64,000 nucleotides of DNA, from contig OZ287752.1 of NCBI GenBank assembly GCA_965649765.1, positions 21,328,001-21,392,000 on the forward strand, given 5' to 3'. The stretch is from Bispira polyomma. Taxonomy: Eukaryota. Under the pieces are notes generated by a model. That model saw nothing but the letters and a program-made list of their open reading frames with translations, was not told the DNA's origin and did no database searches. The position numbers and the translations under genes are program-made. Positions within the stretch are counted from its first letter, which is position 1. Every line of letters starts with the position of its first letter. This document shows, one piece after another, positions 49,790 through 62,106 of the stretch.

Positions 49790-50125
49790 AGTGAATTATA
49801 TGTTTTGTAGGAAAATTAAATAACAATAATCTAGCACTATATTATCAATGTATGAACAATTTCCAAATCTGCATTTGTAGAAAAGGTAAAAAACAGAATA
49901 ATATAGCACTATGTTATCTAATAGCTGTCAATATATGTCCAATTTTCAAATATGCATTTGTAAGAAAGGTAAATAACAGAATAATATTGCACTATGCTAT
50001 CTAATAGCCATTAATATATGCCCAGTTTTCAAATATGCATTTGTAAGAAAGGTAAACAACAGAATAATATTGCACTATGTTATCTAATAGCTATCAATAT
50101 ATGTACAATTTTCAAATATGCATTA
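49790..50125. repeat. ~82-bp tandem repeat, about 4 copies
   Basis: Repeated CAGAATAATATTGCACTATGTTATCTAATAGC...CAAATATGCATTTGTAAGAAAGGTAAA. Confidence 0.9.
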
Positions 50126-53100
50126 ACACTTTTTTATTTTGGGATTTGTTGTATCTATCTTGTTGTAAAATAGTTTTATTTTTAATATTAATGAATTCTG
50201 AAAACTACTTGTATGCAAGAATAACATTACCCTAATATGTTATATAAGTTCACAAATTAGAATAAAATATTCTAGTACTTTTGGCAGAACAAATTATATT
50301 AATGTCATATATATTAACATGTCTTCTATCATAAATCTCCGAAACACTAATTACATCCGTCTACTGCACATCTTCATACAAAGTTGGCTGTGAAACAATT
50401 AAACAAAATTAAAGATAATAAACAAGAAAACTAAACATAAAAACATAAAACTAAAAACCTAAAACATATATCAAAACAATACAACTTCTCTGAAAATGAC
50501 AACTATTACCATATTACCATTTCTTTCCTCTATTTATTATATGACATTAGATTCCTACAATTTATAGTTTCTTTTAGTTTTTTTAGTAAACTTAAATTAT
50601 AAAATTAAAATTGTTATATCAGAATTTTTTTTCACAGGTTAATTTGAAATTTTTTTGTTAAAATATCTTACTTCTCTATTATTGAGTTACAAACTAGAGT
50701 TACACAAGTATGCGGTAAAATGAGAATACTTTATCTGCTACTATATGCTGATTTTTAAATGATCATCTCTAAAGACACAAATTTAAGTTGTTATGTCATG
50801 GTAAAAACTATATTTTAATATATATATATTTAGAATTACCTGTAGCTGAGCATAAACAGAGGGAGTTGTTGGAGTCTCTGGTCTACACATTTCATACTGT
50901 GAAATGTCTTCCATTGCAGCCATATTCGCATATTGTTTTTCCGAGTCCTAAATATTATTAATAATATGATTTCATCAATCTATTTAAGTAGCATAAGCTA
51001 ACTGTTCATGAAAACACTTGATTATTTTTACATAAATGACAAATAATTATGGATGCTATTTACCTCTTCGATTTTATCTTCTGTCTTTGACGTACAACAA
51101 GTTTTATCAGACTTTCTAAAAAGTACAAACCCAAGGATGATTGCAAAGAGAATCGATGTCACCGTTGTTAAAGCCAACCCAATGATTAAGCCACTTTGTT
51201 TTATTTCAGCACATTCTACAAAAAAAGGATACAACACATTATCTGACTTGAATTATTTAATTAGTGTCTTAAGCTACCAATGGCATGCTTTCTATTTTGT
51301 TTAAGAAATATTTATTTTAGTTTTGATTAAGTGACAAAGGATTTAGTGTGTGTAAATTTCATTTAGAAATTAAATACACCCTTTTTCGAATATGCACATA
51401 AAACAATGGGATATGCCATATATTAGTGGTTAGTAAGGTATTACAAAGTTTCCACTGGTGTAGTGTAGTGAATTCAGGACCTGGTTTGCATATGGGAAAG
51501 TTGTCATTTGCTGACAGTCGATGTTTTGCATAGCAGAAAACCCGTGGCCTATACCCCTGTTATTGTTTCCTCTACAAGAGAACGACCCATCATAATGTAA
51601 CATAAGAGTGTTGAATGTGTCATCCAACACGAATCAAACAAACAAAATCTACCTGATTCATTACTCTGCAGATATTCAACTTCAAACCATTCTCTTGTTA
51701 CCTCTTGCTGGTTTTGGTAGATAGAAAAGGCACAATCAAATGGCTTGATATCCTCAAATGGAATTAAGAAGTAATTTGCGCCAGAATCAATGTTACCAAT
51801 TTGCTGCAAAGGATCACAATTTTCCTTCTGTGTACATTTCAATATTTTTGCTTTAGTGTAGTTTCCCTGAATAACACCCCACTGAAATGTTGCATAGTTC
51901 CCATCAATCTGAAGCTTCAGCTTACCATTTATTTGTATCATATCTGGAAAATAAATAGACATTATATTTAATTGTTGAAATAACATCATAAAAATTAAAT
52001 TAGCTTTAACATATAGTGCATCTATTAATTAAATTATTATATGCATAAAACAAAAGATTTATGATGAAGTAAGAAAAATATACATACCTTTCGTAACAAA
52101 TATCACTTTGTCACCAATGGATTCACTTCCTCCATTATACATGTTTAGGCTGAAGATTTTAACCTCATATTTTGTGAGAGGTTTTAAGTTTGCTAATGTG
52201 TAGATAAGTTTTGTTCCAATTTCTGGGTCGGAGAATGGAGTGTCATGCTGAAAGTTTTCATCAGAAATAATGTCTGTGAGAACTATTCTAAATATTTGTG
52301 GGAAGCCACCATTCAGACCAACAATCCAACACACTGTGGTTTCTTGAGATCCTATATCTATCACTGACACATTTATCGGTGCCTGTGGAGGACCTAGTAT
52401 ATGAAAATACATTGCAGCTTGACCTTAATCTTACCACAAAGCATATGCAGGGGTAAACTGTATATTTTGCTTGTGAAAGACAAAATATAGCCACAATAAA
52501 AGAATATATTTAATGCAAAACAACAGTCGACACAAATAAATTGCATGCTTTAAAAAATAATAACAATTTTTGGCTCAAGTTTTTTTATCCACATTAGTAG
52601 ATTGGAGTTTAGTTGTTTAACACTAAAAAGCAAATGTAGAATAATTTAAACTTAGCATATTTACAATACAAAAATGCAATTGTAATCAATGCATTACCAA
52701 AATGCTTTGCCTGGTTAATATTTCACATGTGTTACCTCTTTGGGCCAATTTCAGTGTAAATATTTCTGCTCCATTTACTCCATTATCCACAATGACAGTA
52801 TAATCACCATAGTTCCATGGCATAACCGTTTCTATTATGAGGAGAGACTGAAACACTTCAGGGATCAGTTTAGACGTGATAATTCCATCACTTACAGTCA
52901 ACTGTTCTTTCTTCCAACTAAAATCTGTATCCAAATCAGTGAATTCTGGAAATGCTCTGACAGTGAGATTTAAAATTGTAGTTTGTCTCAATTCTGAATA
53001 GAACACCACCATATCTGTGTCTAATAACTGTGGACCATCTATACATAACAAAGTATAACATGATTTTGCTTTGATTTTCCTATAATATACAGCATATTCT

Positions 53101-56083
53101 GTTAAGCAATGTATAGTAGTCAGGAGATGTAATTAGAAGTATCACATTATTATGTATGGCTTGGTGTTTACAATACCTAATAACTCTACTTAAACATGTA
53201 CCCTAATCCTTTAGTCATAGTTTAAAGTCATTGTAGCAGTACTAAACTGCTATTAACATTTTGCTTGTGATGGATGTTCGTTTGCTGTAATTATAGTACA
53301 TACATATATCAGAGAGAAAACTCCTTTTATATTTATTTTTATATTCAACTCTTTATTAATAAATTGATGAATTAATATATAATCAAATTAACAAATACAT
53401 GTATCTGATCCTCATCACTCCCAGTACATATGCCTAATAACTTACAATGTACAGCAATCTATTTCACTTTCCACTGTATTCCCTGTAGTACATATATATA
53501 ATTACTTACAATGTACAACAATCTGTATCTCGTCTGTATCACTCCCCACTGTGTTCCCTGCAGTACATCTATAAGTCCCTGAATCAGTGTACACTGTACT
53601 CTATATCGTCAGTTCTCTGGTGTCGTCCTGTTCTGGTAGAGCCTGAGACTGACTGTTAGGGTACTTGGGTTCAAACTCCCAATACAGAGTAGTAAGTGCC
53701 TTGGGGTTGCCATCAGTTATAGCACAATCAATAGCAGTAACTGACCCTTCATCTATGTTGGAATATGTACCCTTAACTGTTACCACTGGAGGAACTTTTT
53801 AAAACAAGATTATACACCATTAGTACTTACAAAATTATAATAATGCCACTTCATTCTATATATTTTGTGTATATTAAACATAAATCATACAACTTAAAAT
53901 ATGCCACCCCTTGCAGGCATAATATATTGCGTTACTGCCCTTAAACCTTTAATATAGTGGGTATTATTAACAGGTGTCTCTAGTATGTTGGTTAAATATC
54001 ACATCTTGATCCTACCACTTTATAGTATGCCTACTTGTTATTTTAATTTACCACATGCTACAACATGTAAATGTTTCTGAGCTATTAATCTTTTAAAAGT
54101 TAGTAATGGTTACTTGAAGAAGTGAGTAGCCAAACACTTAGATGTGTTTTTGGCCTATTGGTGAAAAAGTTAAAGAAATATGGTATATGGGACAAAATGT
54201 CAAGTTTGTTATAGCTAATATTCTTGTAGTAGAGTTTGATTCCCATAGATATAACTATAGTATAGCAGTAAGTAAGAAAATAGGTCTGGTAATACATACC
54301 ATAACAAGAATACAGTGACCGCAAGCGGTTGCAAATTAAGAATTGTTTAAGAGGGAGAACTAACAGACAAAAAATAAGATATACACACAATGACCTAAGA
54401 TATAACCTCCTAGCTTTAAATTACAGCTAGCTAATGTTTTTCTTTGTATAAACAACCAAATTACCCTAAAAACTATATCAATAATTTGATTTTCACATAA
54501 TTTTGCTTTAAAACCTTTTGACGAACACACAAAAGTGACCGAATCAGCTCCAAACCCTATTTTTTAAAGCTGTTCCTACTAAACTTTCAATCTACTGCAA
54601 AGACTAGTAACAGTAAGTTAAACAATTTTATTATCGCCCATGTCTTAAATTTTCACTGCCAAAAGCCGAAGACTTTACCTTACCAACTTGAACAGATTTT
54701 TAGGATAGAATATTTCGTATTTTGCCAACTTCATTTCGAATTGTTGAGGGGCAAGGTCTGTTAGTGTGAAACGGTTTTATTAGCTACTGTGTCAGTGATT
54801 ATGAATAACTGACCACACACTGTGACGTTTCAAAGCATCTTCACAATAAATATTGCATAGATAGAAAAGCACATGGATGAGTCTATTTTGACAGCAATAA
54901 AAGGGATTAATACCAATGAACGCATAAGGTAAATTTTTATTAAATGTTATTGTGTTTGGCAAAATGCTGTATTATTAGGAAAGCAAGATTTATGTCAATG
55001 ACGAAGTGTTAATTAAAGTATATACTGGGGGTACTTGCACAGTGAAGGATATTTCTTGTTTCTGTTTAAACATGTCTTAGTATATTATATCAATGGCCAT
55101 AGTATGCCGACTTCTAGCAAATTGAGCCCAGAACATTTGTACGTTTCAAAGCAACTTTCTTTATTAAGACATATTTTGGCAAGTTAATTAGATCGAAGTA
55201 CACAATATATATTTCAACATCAAAAATTATCTAAACCATTTGTGACTATTAAAGTAATAAATTATTAAATTTACAGGATCAAACTTTTATATTTTAAGTT
55301 TTAATCTTCTAGTTTCAAAGAAAAGATCTGGACCCCTTTGGCAGCATCGTTTTTTAAATTTTATCTTAAAGCGTTTTTATTTGTATACACATCGTCGACA
55401 GTTATTCCCAAGTCAAAGGTCAGCTCACATTTGAACCCATATTGAGGGCATTTCTTGAATGGCGGATTAAAATATTCTGTCCTTGACATGGCCAATTTCA
55501 ATAGATGTAAACATCATACACGTGTAGATAAATGTATGGAGAGACTAAAATAGAATATTTTAAAGTTATATCTACTGGGGTACTAGCACAGTCATTTTTA
55601 TCGTTCAAAATACTCCTATCACTAATTAATGACTAAGACAAGGCAAATGTACCATGGGTGGGTATTTGTAACAATTAATAAATAGGAATAAACTGAATTA
55701 ATGACAATTGGTTTACAAGTAAAATGGATAACATACTATTTCCATCATAAAATATGAACTTCTTAACCACTGTCTGCAAGGACTGTCCAAGTAAAATAAA
55801 AGCTAAATTCACGAGGTGGTGTCTAATAACAGGGCAAATTATTTAATTACTGCAGGAACAATGTGGGTCTTTTCTTTGCTGACCAAACAATACTACATGT
55901 ATACTGTCATTCCTTAACAAGTGATAATTACTGAATATTTAAATTCATGGCAAACTAGAACAACCATGCAAGTAATCAAGTCTTAAATGGACCTTTGTAG
56001 AATAATTTTAACACAGTTATCACTATAACTTATGTTGAGTAAAAAACAATTTATGCAACACTTGGAGAATAGAATAAAAAAAA

Positions 56084-59000
56084 ACAGTTCTATGTGGTGA
56101 AATGTGAAGGTCAAGTGAAAGGTCAATGTAATGAAGTCTTGACTAAAGTCTAATAAAACTAAGGTTTGAGGTATATATTTTTCTATACATAAAGTAAAAA
56201 TGGGTATGTACAGGTAGGGGTAAAATAAGCAATTTTTAAAATGTTCATGATTTTAAAAACACCCATCAGAATAGTGATCACAACAAAACACAAGTAAACA
56301 CAGAGGAATATAACCTCCAATAGTAAAGCAGTGTATTGGTAAACCAATTATCTGAGGCCTACACCAAGGCAAACCACTAATAATTCAAGATCATAACGGC
56401 CCCCTAAAGCCCGTGATCACAAGTGTACATTATTACAAGCCAACAAACTATGTTAACAGTTACATTATTACAAGATTATTCGTTTCCAGCAACCGGCTAG
56501 TGAACTGGAGAATTAACATTTGTTAATTTGCTTATACATGTTCCTAAATTTAAACAGTCAGTGTTTTATTATATCACATGCAGTTGGATATTACACCACT
56601 ATTATCTGAAGTTATAGAACTCGGGACCTGAGGCACCTAATTGTCTAGCAGGGGCAGATCCCCTCTCACAGAGCTCCCTCCGGTAGCCCACACCAACAGT
56701 AAAGGTTATGAAAGAGGACCTGTCTTCACACAGTTCCGAGTTCAAACTTGCCACAATCCATTCAGAATTCAAAAGCTGCCCATAGGATGCTGCATTACCA
56801 GACCTGATCTGGTCATAGACCTTACATGTTTCTAACACGTAATATGTAAAATTTGACCAGGCATAAATTTTTAAAAATACACCTTACTATAAATTTTATA
56901 ACAGCTCTGGTAAGGGGAGGAGGTGGGAAAAAGTATGTGTTATGCTGTTGCTTCCTTTTCCAATATGGATGCCAAAAAGGTAGCATGAAGTTCAGCTTTT
57001 GGAGGGAATCTCTCTGATTGGCTGTGAGTTAGCATGCTATTGAAATTGTAGTAAGGGTCCCATTCGCTAGGGGTTAAGGTAGTAGCTAACATTTATGTGT
57101 AATGACCTGAACTAGCAGACCCCTATTGGGTCGGGTGATGCACAGTTCTATGTAGTGAAATGTGAAGGTCAAGTGAAAGGTCAGTGTAATGAAGTCTTGA
57201 TTAAAGTCCAATAAAACTAAAGTTTGAGGTATATATTTTTCTATACATGTTAGTAAAAATGGGTATGTACAGGTAGGGGTAAAATAAGCAATTTTTAAAA
57301 TGTTCATCATTTTAAAAACACCCAAGCCAAACTAAGAATTCAGGGTATAGCAGAGGCAAAAGTAAGGGGAACAGCAGAAGTAGCTTCAGAATTTTGATGA
57401 AGATAGGACCACACAGCAGATGACCTCCAAAGGCCGTGGGCCATTATGTTTTGGAGGGAAACATTATTATTAAAGGCAAAAGTAGCACCTGACATTTTTA
57501 AGAGTATGAGATGTGTGTTCCTTAAGTGGAATACCCACATGAGTGAGAACTGAGGCTAATGCTGAATATTTTTTTTTGAATTGGGATATTTAACGTCCAC
57601 TCTAGTACCTGTTTAGATTATATTGGGACGGGTAGTTGGAAACGCTGGAGGAAACACTGCATACAGTTGATCAAGGTTCTACACTGAAACCAGCGGCCCA
57701 CGGTTAGGAGCTACAACCTTTTCCACATGGGCATCGACGGGATTCGAACTCACGCTGCCCAGAGGTGAGAGACCAGTGATTGTGAAGCGCAATATTTGCT
57801 AACCACTAGGCCACCGCGGCCCTGAGGCTAATGCCGAACGCACATGTGATTCTACTATTGGAAAGTATGGTTCAGAAGTCTTCGTGACAGTTTGAATGCC
57901 AGCATAGCAATTAAACGCTATGAAAGTCCTGAATTGGTTATTGTAGGTAATCTTGGTCTTTGGACGAAGAGCACTGTTGATTTTGTGCCATGCTGAAGCT
58001 GTGAAGTTCTGAGTGATGTGGTTTTCACCTACAATTAAATATTGAAATCTAAGTTAAAGTAATGTAATGGAATGTTTAACCATGTACAAGATTCCGTTAA
58101 AATATAGACCTGGCCCCTAATGGGTGGTTGATCAGAAAACAATCTTGATAATAAGTCAGCTATGACGTTTTTCTTACCCTTAATATGTTGAATTTCGATT
58201 GTAATGTCAAAAATTGCTGAAATGAGCCAAATGTTTCTTAAACAGAGTGCCAAAAATTTATCTTTACTCTTAGTCGACCTAACTACTAGGACTACAGCCA
58301 TTTTGTCACAGTTTACGACTATGCGTCTATGGCTCCACTGCTCACCCCAAGCCCTAATAGCTAAAAGAATATTCAGCATTTCTATATGTACAATGGACAG
58401 GTGCTTATTGTATATATTATATAACGGTGTCACATATACCTGATTCATATATATTGCCCCCAATCCTGTGAGGCAATCGCCGATGAAAACCTCGTTCTCA
58501 TGCTTCTGTACAACAGGCTCAATAAATGTTACGCCATTGTATAGAGAAAAGAATTTGGTAAACCAAATTAAGTCAGCTTTCATTTCATTTGAGATTTTAA
58601 ACCATTTGGCCTGACTATTGCGCCTAAATGCCATTAACAACCTATTAATGAAAATGCGAGCCGGCTTAACACATTTGTGTACATGGAGTAGTTTACCGAG
58701 TATGGATTGAAATTTCATATCCATGTTTTGTGTACTACTTTAGCGCAAATTCAAATGTTTCTTTAATTTTTCCTGATGTAATGCTAATAGTGCCTTTTTC
58801 AATGTCAATATCTATACCAAGACATGTAATTTGTAAACTAGGTTTTGAAATTTTTTCTGGGTGGGAGGCCTAGTCTGGTAACTAGTTGGTCTAAATCAGC
58901 GAATGCTGCGTCTGCTTGTTCTGCAGTTGAAATACCTACGTAATCGTCGATGTAGCAAAAAATTATGTGGTAAAAATTCTTATCAAGGGTGTGTGCTATT

Positions 59001-62000
59001 ACGTCAGAACAATGCTGAAACGCGGCCGAGCCGTGTACCCAGCCGAACGCGACCTCAGGATCAATATACTTCTGCCCTTCGAAGTGAATGCCTAACTTCA
59101 TTGCGTCAACTGGGTCTACTCTTAGGTTTTGAAACGCTCGGGCCACGTCCAGCTTGAAAATCTTAGGATTATGTGTGTTTTGAATGTGCTCCACGATGTC
59201 ATCAATAGTCGGAAATTTCAGAATAAAATCTACCCCATCAAATTTCTGTCTATTAACTTTGCCATTATCCGAACCATTACTGGGGTGAGAAAGATTCATT
59301 ATTACTCGTCTTTTAGGCGGGTGAGCAGTGGGGAACAGTGGAACAAATCACTAAGTATTTCTGAGCTGGGACCTAACATTGCTCCACACTGTTTTTCCTT
59401 ATCAATGTATTTCTCAATTGCTGCCTTATGCTGAAGTGCAGAGTGATGATTAGTCGTATCCTTAACTTGTAAAGTATTAGTATCTTGCAATGAAAGGGGG
59501 AACCCGAATTTTATATATTGTATAGGTAACTCATCTGGATAATCTACTAGAATGTCTTCCCATGCCTTAACGTTTAGTCCTGAGATTAAGGGGATCCTTG
59601 CACTTCTGTAGTTGGGACATTCCGTGTCCCTATTTATCTGTGCTATTTCAGACATTTTTTGTGTGAAAGTGATGTGTATGGGGGCCCTGTCGGGTCCTAT
59701 AAATTTAAACTTAGTTTCTGAAGTAGTCAAAAAACCTTTGGTATCTGAGGATAATTAATGTCCCTAACTACACTGTTGGACTCTACAGTATCATAAGTAT
59801 CACCTTTGTGACAGGATGTAACTGTCTTGACCTCTATTGGTCTGTCATTGCTGACGGTACATGTTCTATTAATATCCATATTTGACAATAATTCATCAAT
59901 AATGTTGGTTATATGCGCTGTATAATCTACATTATGTTTATCTCTACAACTAACATCTTGCTGGTAATTATACCATGCATTAAGTGCTAATTCTTTATCA
60001 TTTAAATTTATCTGTTGAACCATGTGTCTGTCGCCATCTCTGTATGTCAGTAACTGGGAAAGAGAAAGTGAATTTGCAAGCCAACTAGTAATAACCATTT
60101 CCCCTGATGGTGGGTGATTACATTTAGCACATTGGACTTCTTGATCAATTTCCCCATCCCCCCACATTATAAAACCCTGAAAACTGCTTTTTCACATTAT
60201 ATGTGTACCACAGATAGTTCCTGATTACAGTTTGGGACATAATACAGCCAATTAGTGACAGAGATGACTACACTCACCTTGGTCCCCTTTGGGCTACCAT
60301 ACACGGTGTCATTCTCCACAACATTCACAAAATTCAAATAATTTGATCTTGTGTTTCCTTCACACTCATAATCAGCAACCTCACCAGTATTAACGCCTGT
60401 GTCTAGAACAACTTCACAGTCTGAGTTAGAATTGTGTGCAAGTATATTTTGGTTTACATTGTTTCCAAAACTAGATAACCTGTCATTCAGCTCTATTCCC
60501 ATGTCAGTGTATTCAGAATCACTAGAGTATTTGTGCCCATAATCACTGCACTTGGTACTTGAACTTCGGTTCAGTACACTACCTTTGTCACTAGTAACCC
60601 CGTTACCCTTTATGACCTTACTGTCATACTGGTGAAGTTCAATTTTCCTTTTATAGTTAGTGATATTATCTACACATCTATTAAATAACAAATCATCATT
60701 AGACTTAGTTTCAAAACTCTATCAACATGATTTACTAAAAAATTTTTATGTTCTATTTTACTATGATTAACTTGTGTCCCTAGTCCTAGCAGGTGGTCGA
60801 AGACCTAGTGATTAGAAACTTGTGTCGGATTCGTCTGCTTGGCTGAATTCAATTTATAACATTTGAATTCTGGGTGGTAAACGTCTTTGTGCAAAACAGT
60901 GGTGCAGTGCCAACAGACATGCTTATATTGGCTGTGTTCTGACTTGTGTGAATATTTTCCGGAATTATAAAGTTTACAGATGGTTTTCATTGCCCCATTA
61001 CAACTGTGGGTAGAACTGGTACTCTTAGAATTGATTATAGCTAGTCGAGATGCACTCAGGCGGTTCAGCACCCATTGGGTGGTGTCACCCTACGCTAGTC
61101 TTCCTTCTTCTATCTCAGTCATACTAGTGGCCCAGGCCGTGCGAACGACCTCCCAGGGCAATGAGGATGTGTCCCGGAGGGCCAGTATCACCTGCTGGAT
61201 CATTTCTCTAGATATCGCCAAATCTGTGACCTGCATCGCATTAGCCAGCTGACCAGATGCCCATTGAGGTAGAGTTAAATTGTCAAAAGCAGGGCGTTTC
61301 CGTGCCGACCCGCCCGCCCATCTAAACTTAGGGTTGCTAGTCAGAATATCTGTAATATTGAATCTCCCGGATTTCTATCGGAGGGCTGTCTTACCTTGAA
61401 CAAGTTGTATTTCACGAGTCTCTCATTAACCATGGCTTGCACGTCGGGTAGGGTTTTCAAGATGTCCGCCTTTGGAACAATCCCATCTGTGGTGTAATCA
61501 GTCCGGCTGTGAAGATCCGAAGTAGGTAATGTCGGATGAACCGAGACACTGCTTTGCAACGGAACCTGAGAGGTGACACACTCAGGAGCAATGCTGGCAG
61601 GTACTGTGTTGTGATGAATGGGTCTGTGTACTGGTGGTGGTATCATAGCACTGGTAGCTAATGAGATCTGAGACGTAGCACACTGAGAAGTGGGGTTTGG
61701 CAGAGCTGGCTGAATGTTTGCTTCCCTTGCTTTAACATGGGCTAGTCCATTACCAAGGTCAACGTTAGATTGCTCTAGCCGCTTAAGTATAGCAAGCATC
61801 TGGGAATCTTGGTTGGCTGATACTGAAGGGTTGATAACTTGGACTTGAGTGGTAGCCGGAGATGCGTGCTGTGAAACAGCCTGATCAAATGGACAACTGA
61901 GGTCGGTAACGAGATTGTCGAATGCCTTGTTATGCTTACCCAGACGTCTACTGGTGCTTTTCCTTACAGATGGTTTCTTGGAGGGAATCTCACTGATTGG

Positions 62001-62106
62001 CTGTGAGCTAACATGTTATTGAAATTGTAGTAAGGGTTAAGGTAGTATCTAACATTTCTGTGTAATGAACTGAACTAGCAGATCCCTATTGGGTCGTGCT
62101 ATGCAC
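56084..62106 (-). mobile_element. YR retrotransposon 4 (Ngaro-type split direct repeats A1...B1-A2...B2), degenerate, intronic
   Basis: A1 62106-61978 matches A2 57143-57000; B1 57324-57144 matches B2 56265-56084; gag 61970-60805; RT (KLDVARAF, FGWVHG, YIDD); RNase H 58035-58724; internally deleted YR 57340-58028. Confidence 0.92.
57567..57821 (-). mobile_element. Young tRNA-derived Meta-like SINE inserted in the YR gene of element 4
   Basis: GGCCGCGGTGGCCTAGTGG A box, GAGTTCGAATCCC B box and poly(A) tail; 17-bp TSD CTGAGGCTAATGCYGAA at 57550-57566 and 57822-57838. Confidence 0.92.

Noticed and set aside
57700-57821. Functional tRNA gene (also 2441, 5440, 8795)
   Set aside because: The tRNA-like heads continue into SINE bodies; the 57.6-kb copy has a poly(A) tail and TSD; no proper cloverleaf.
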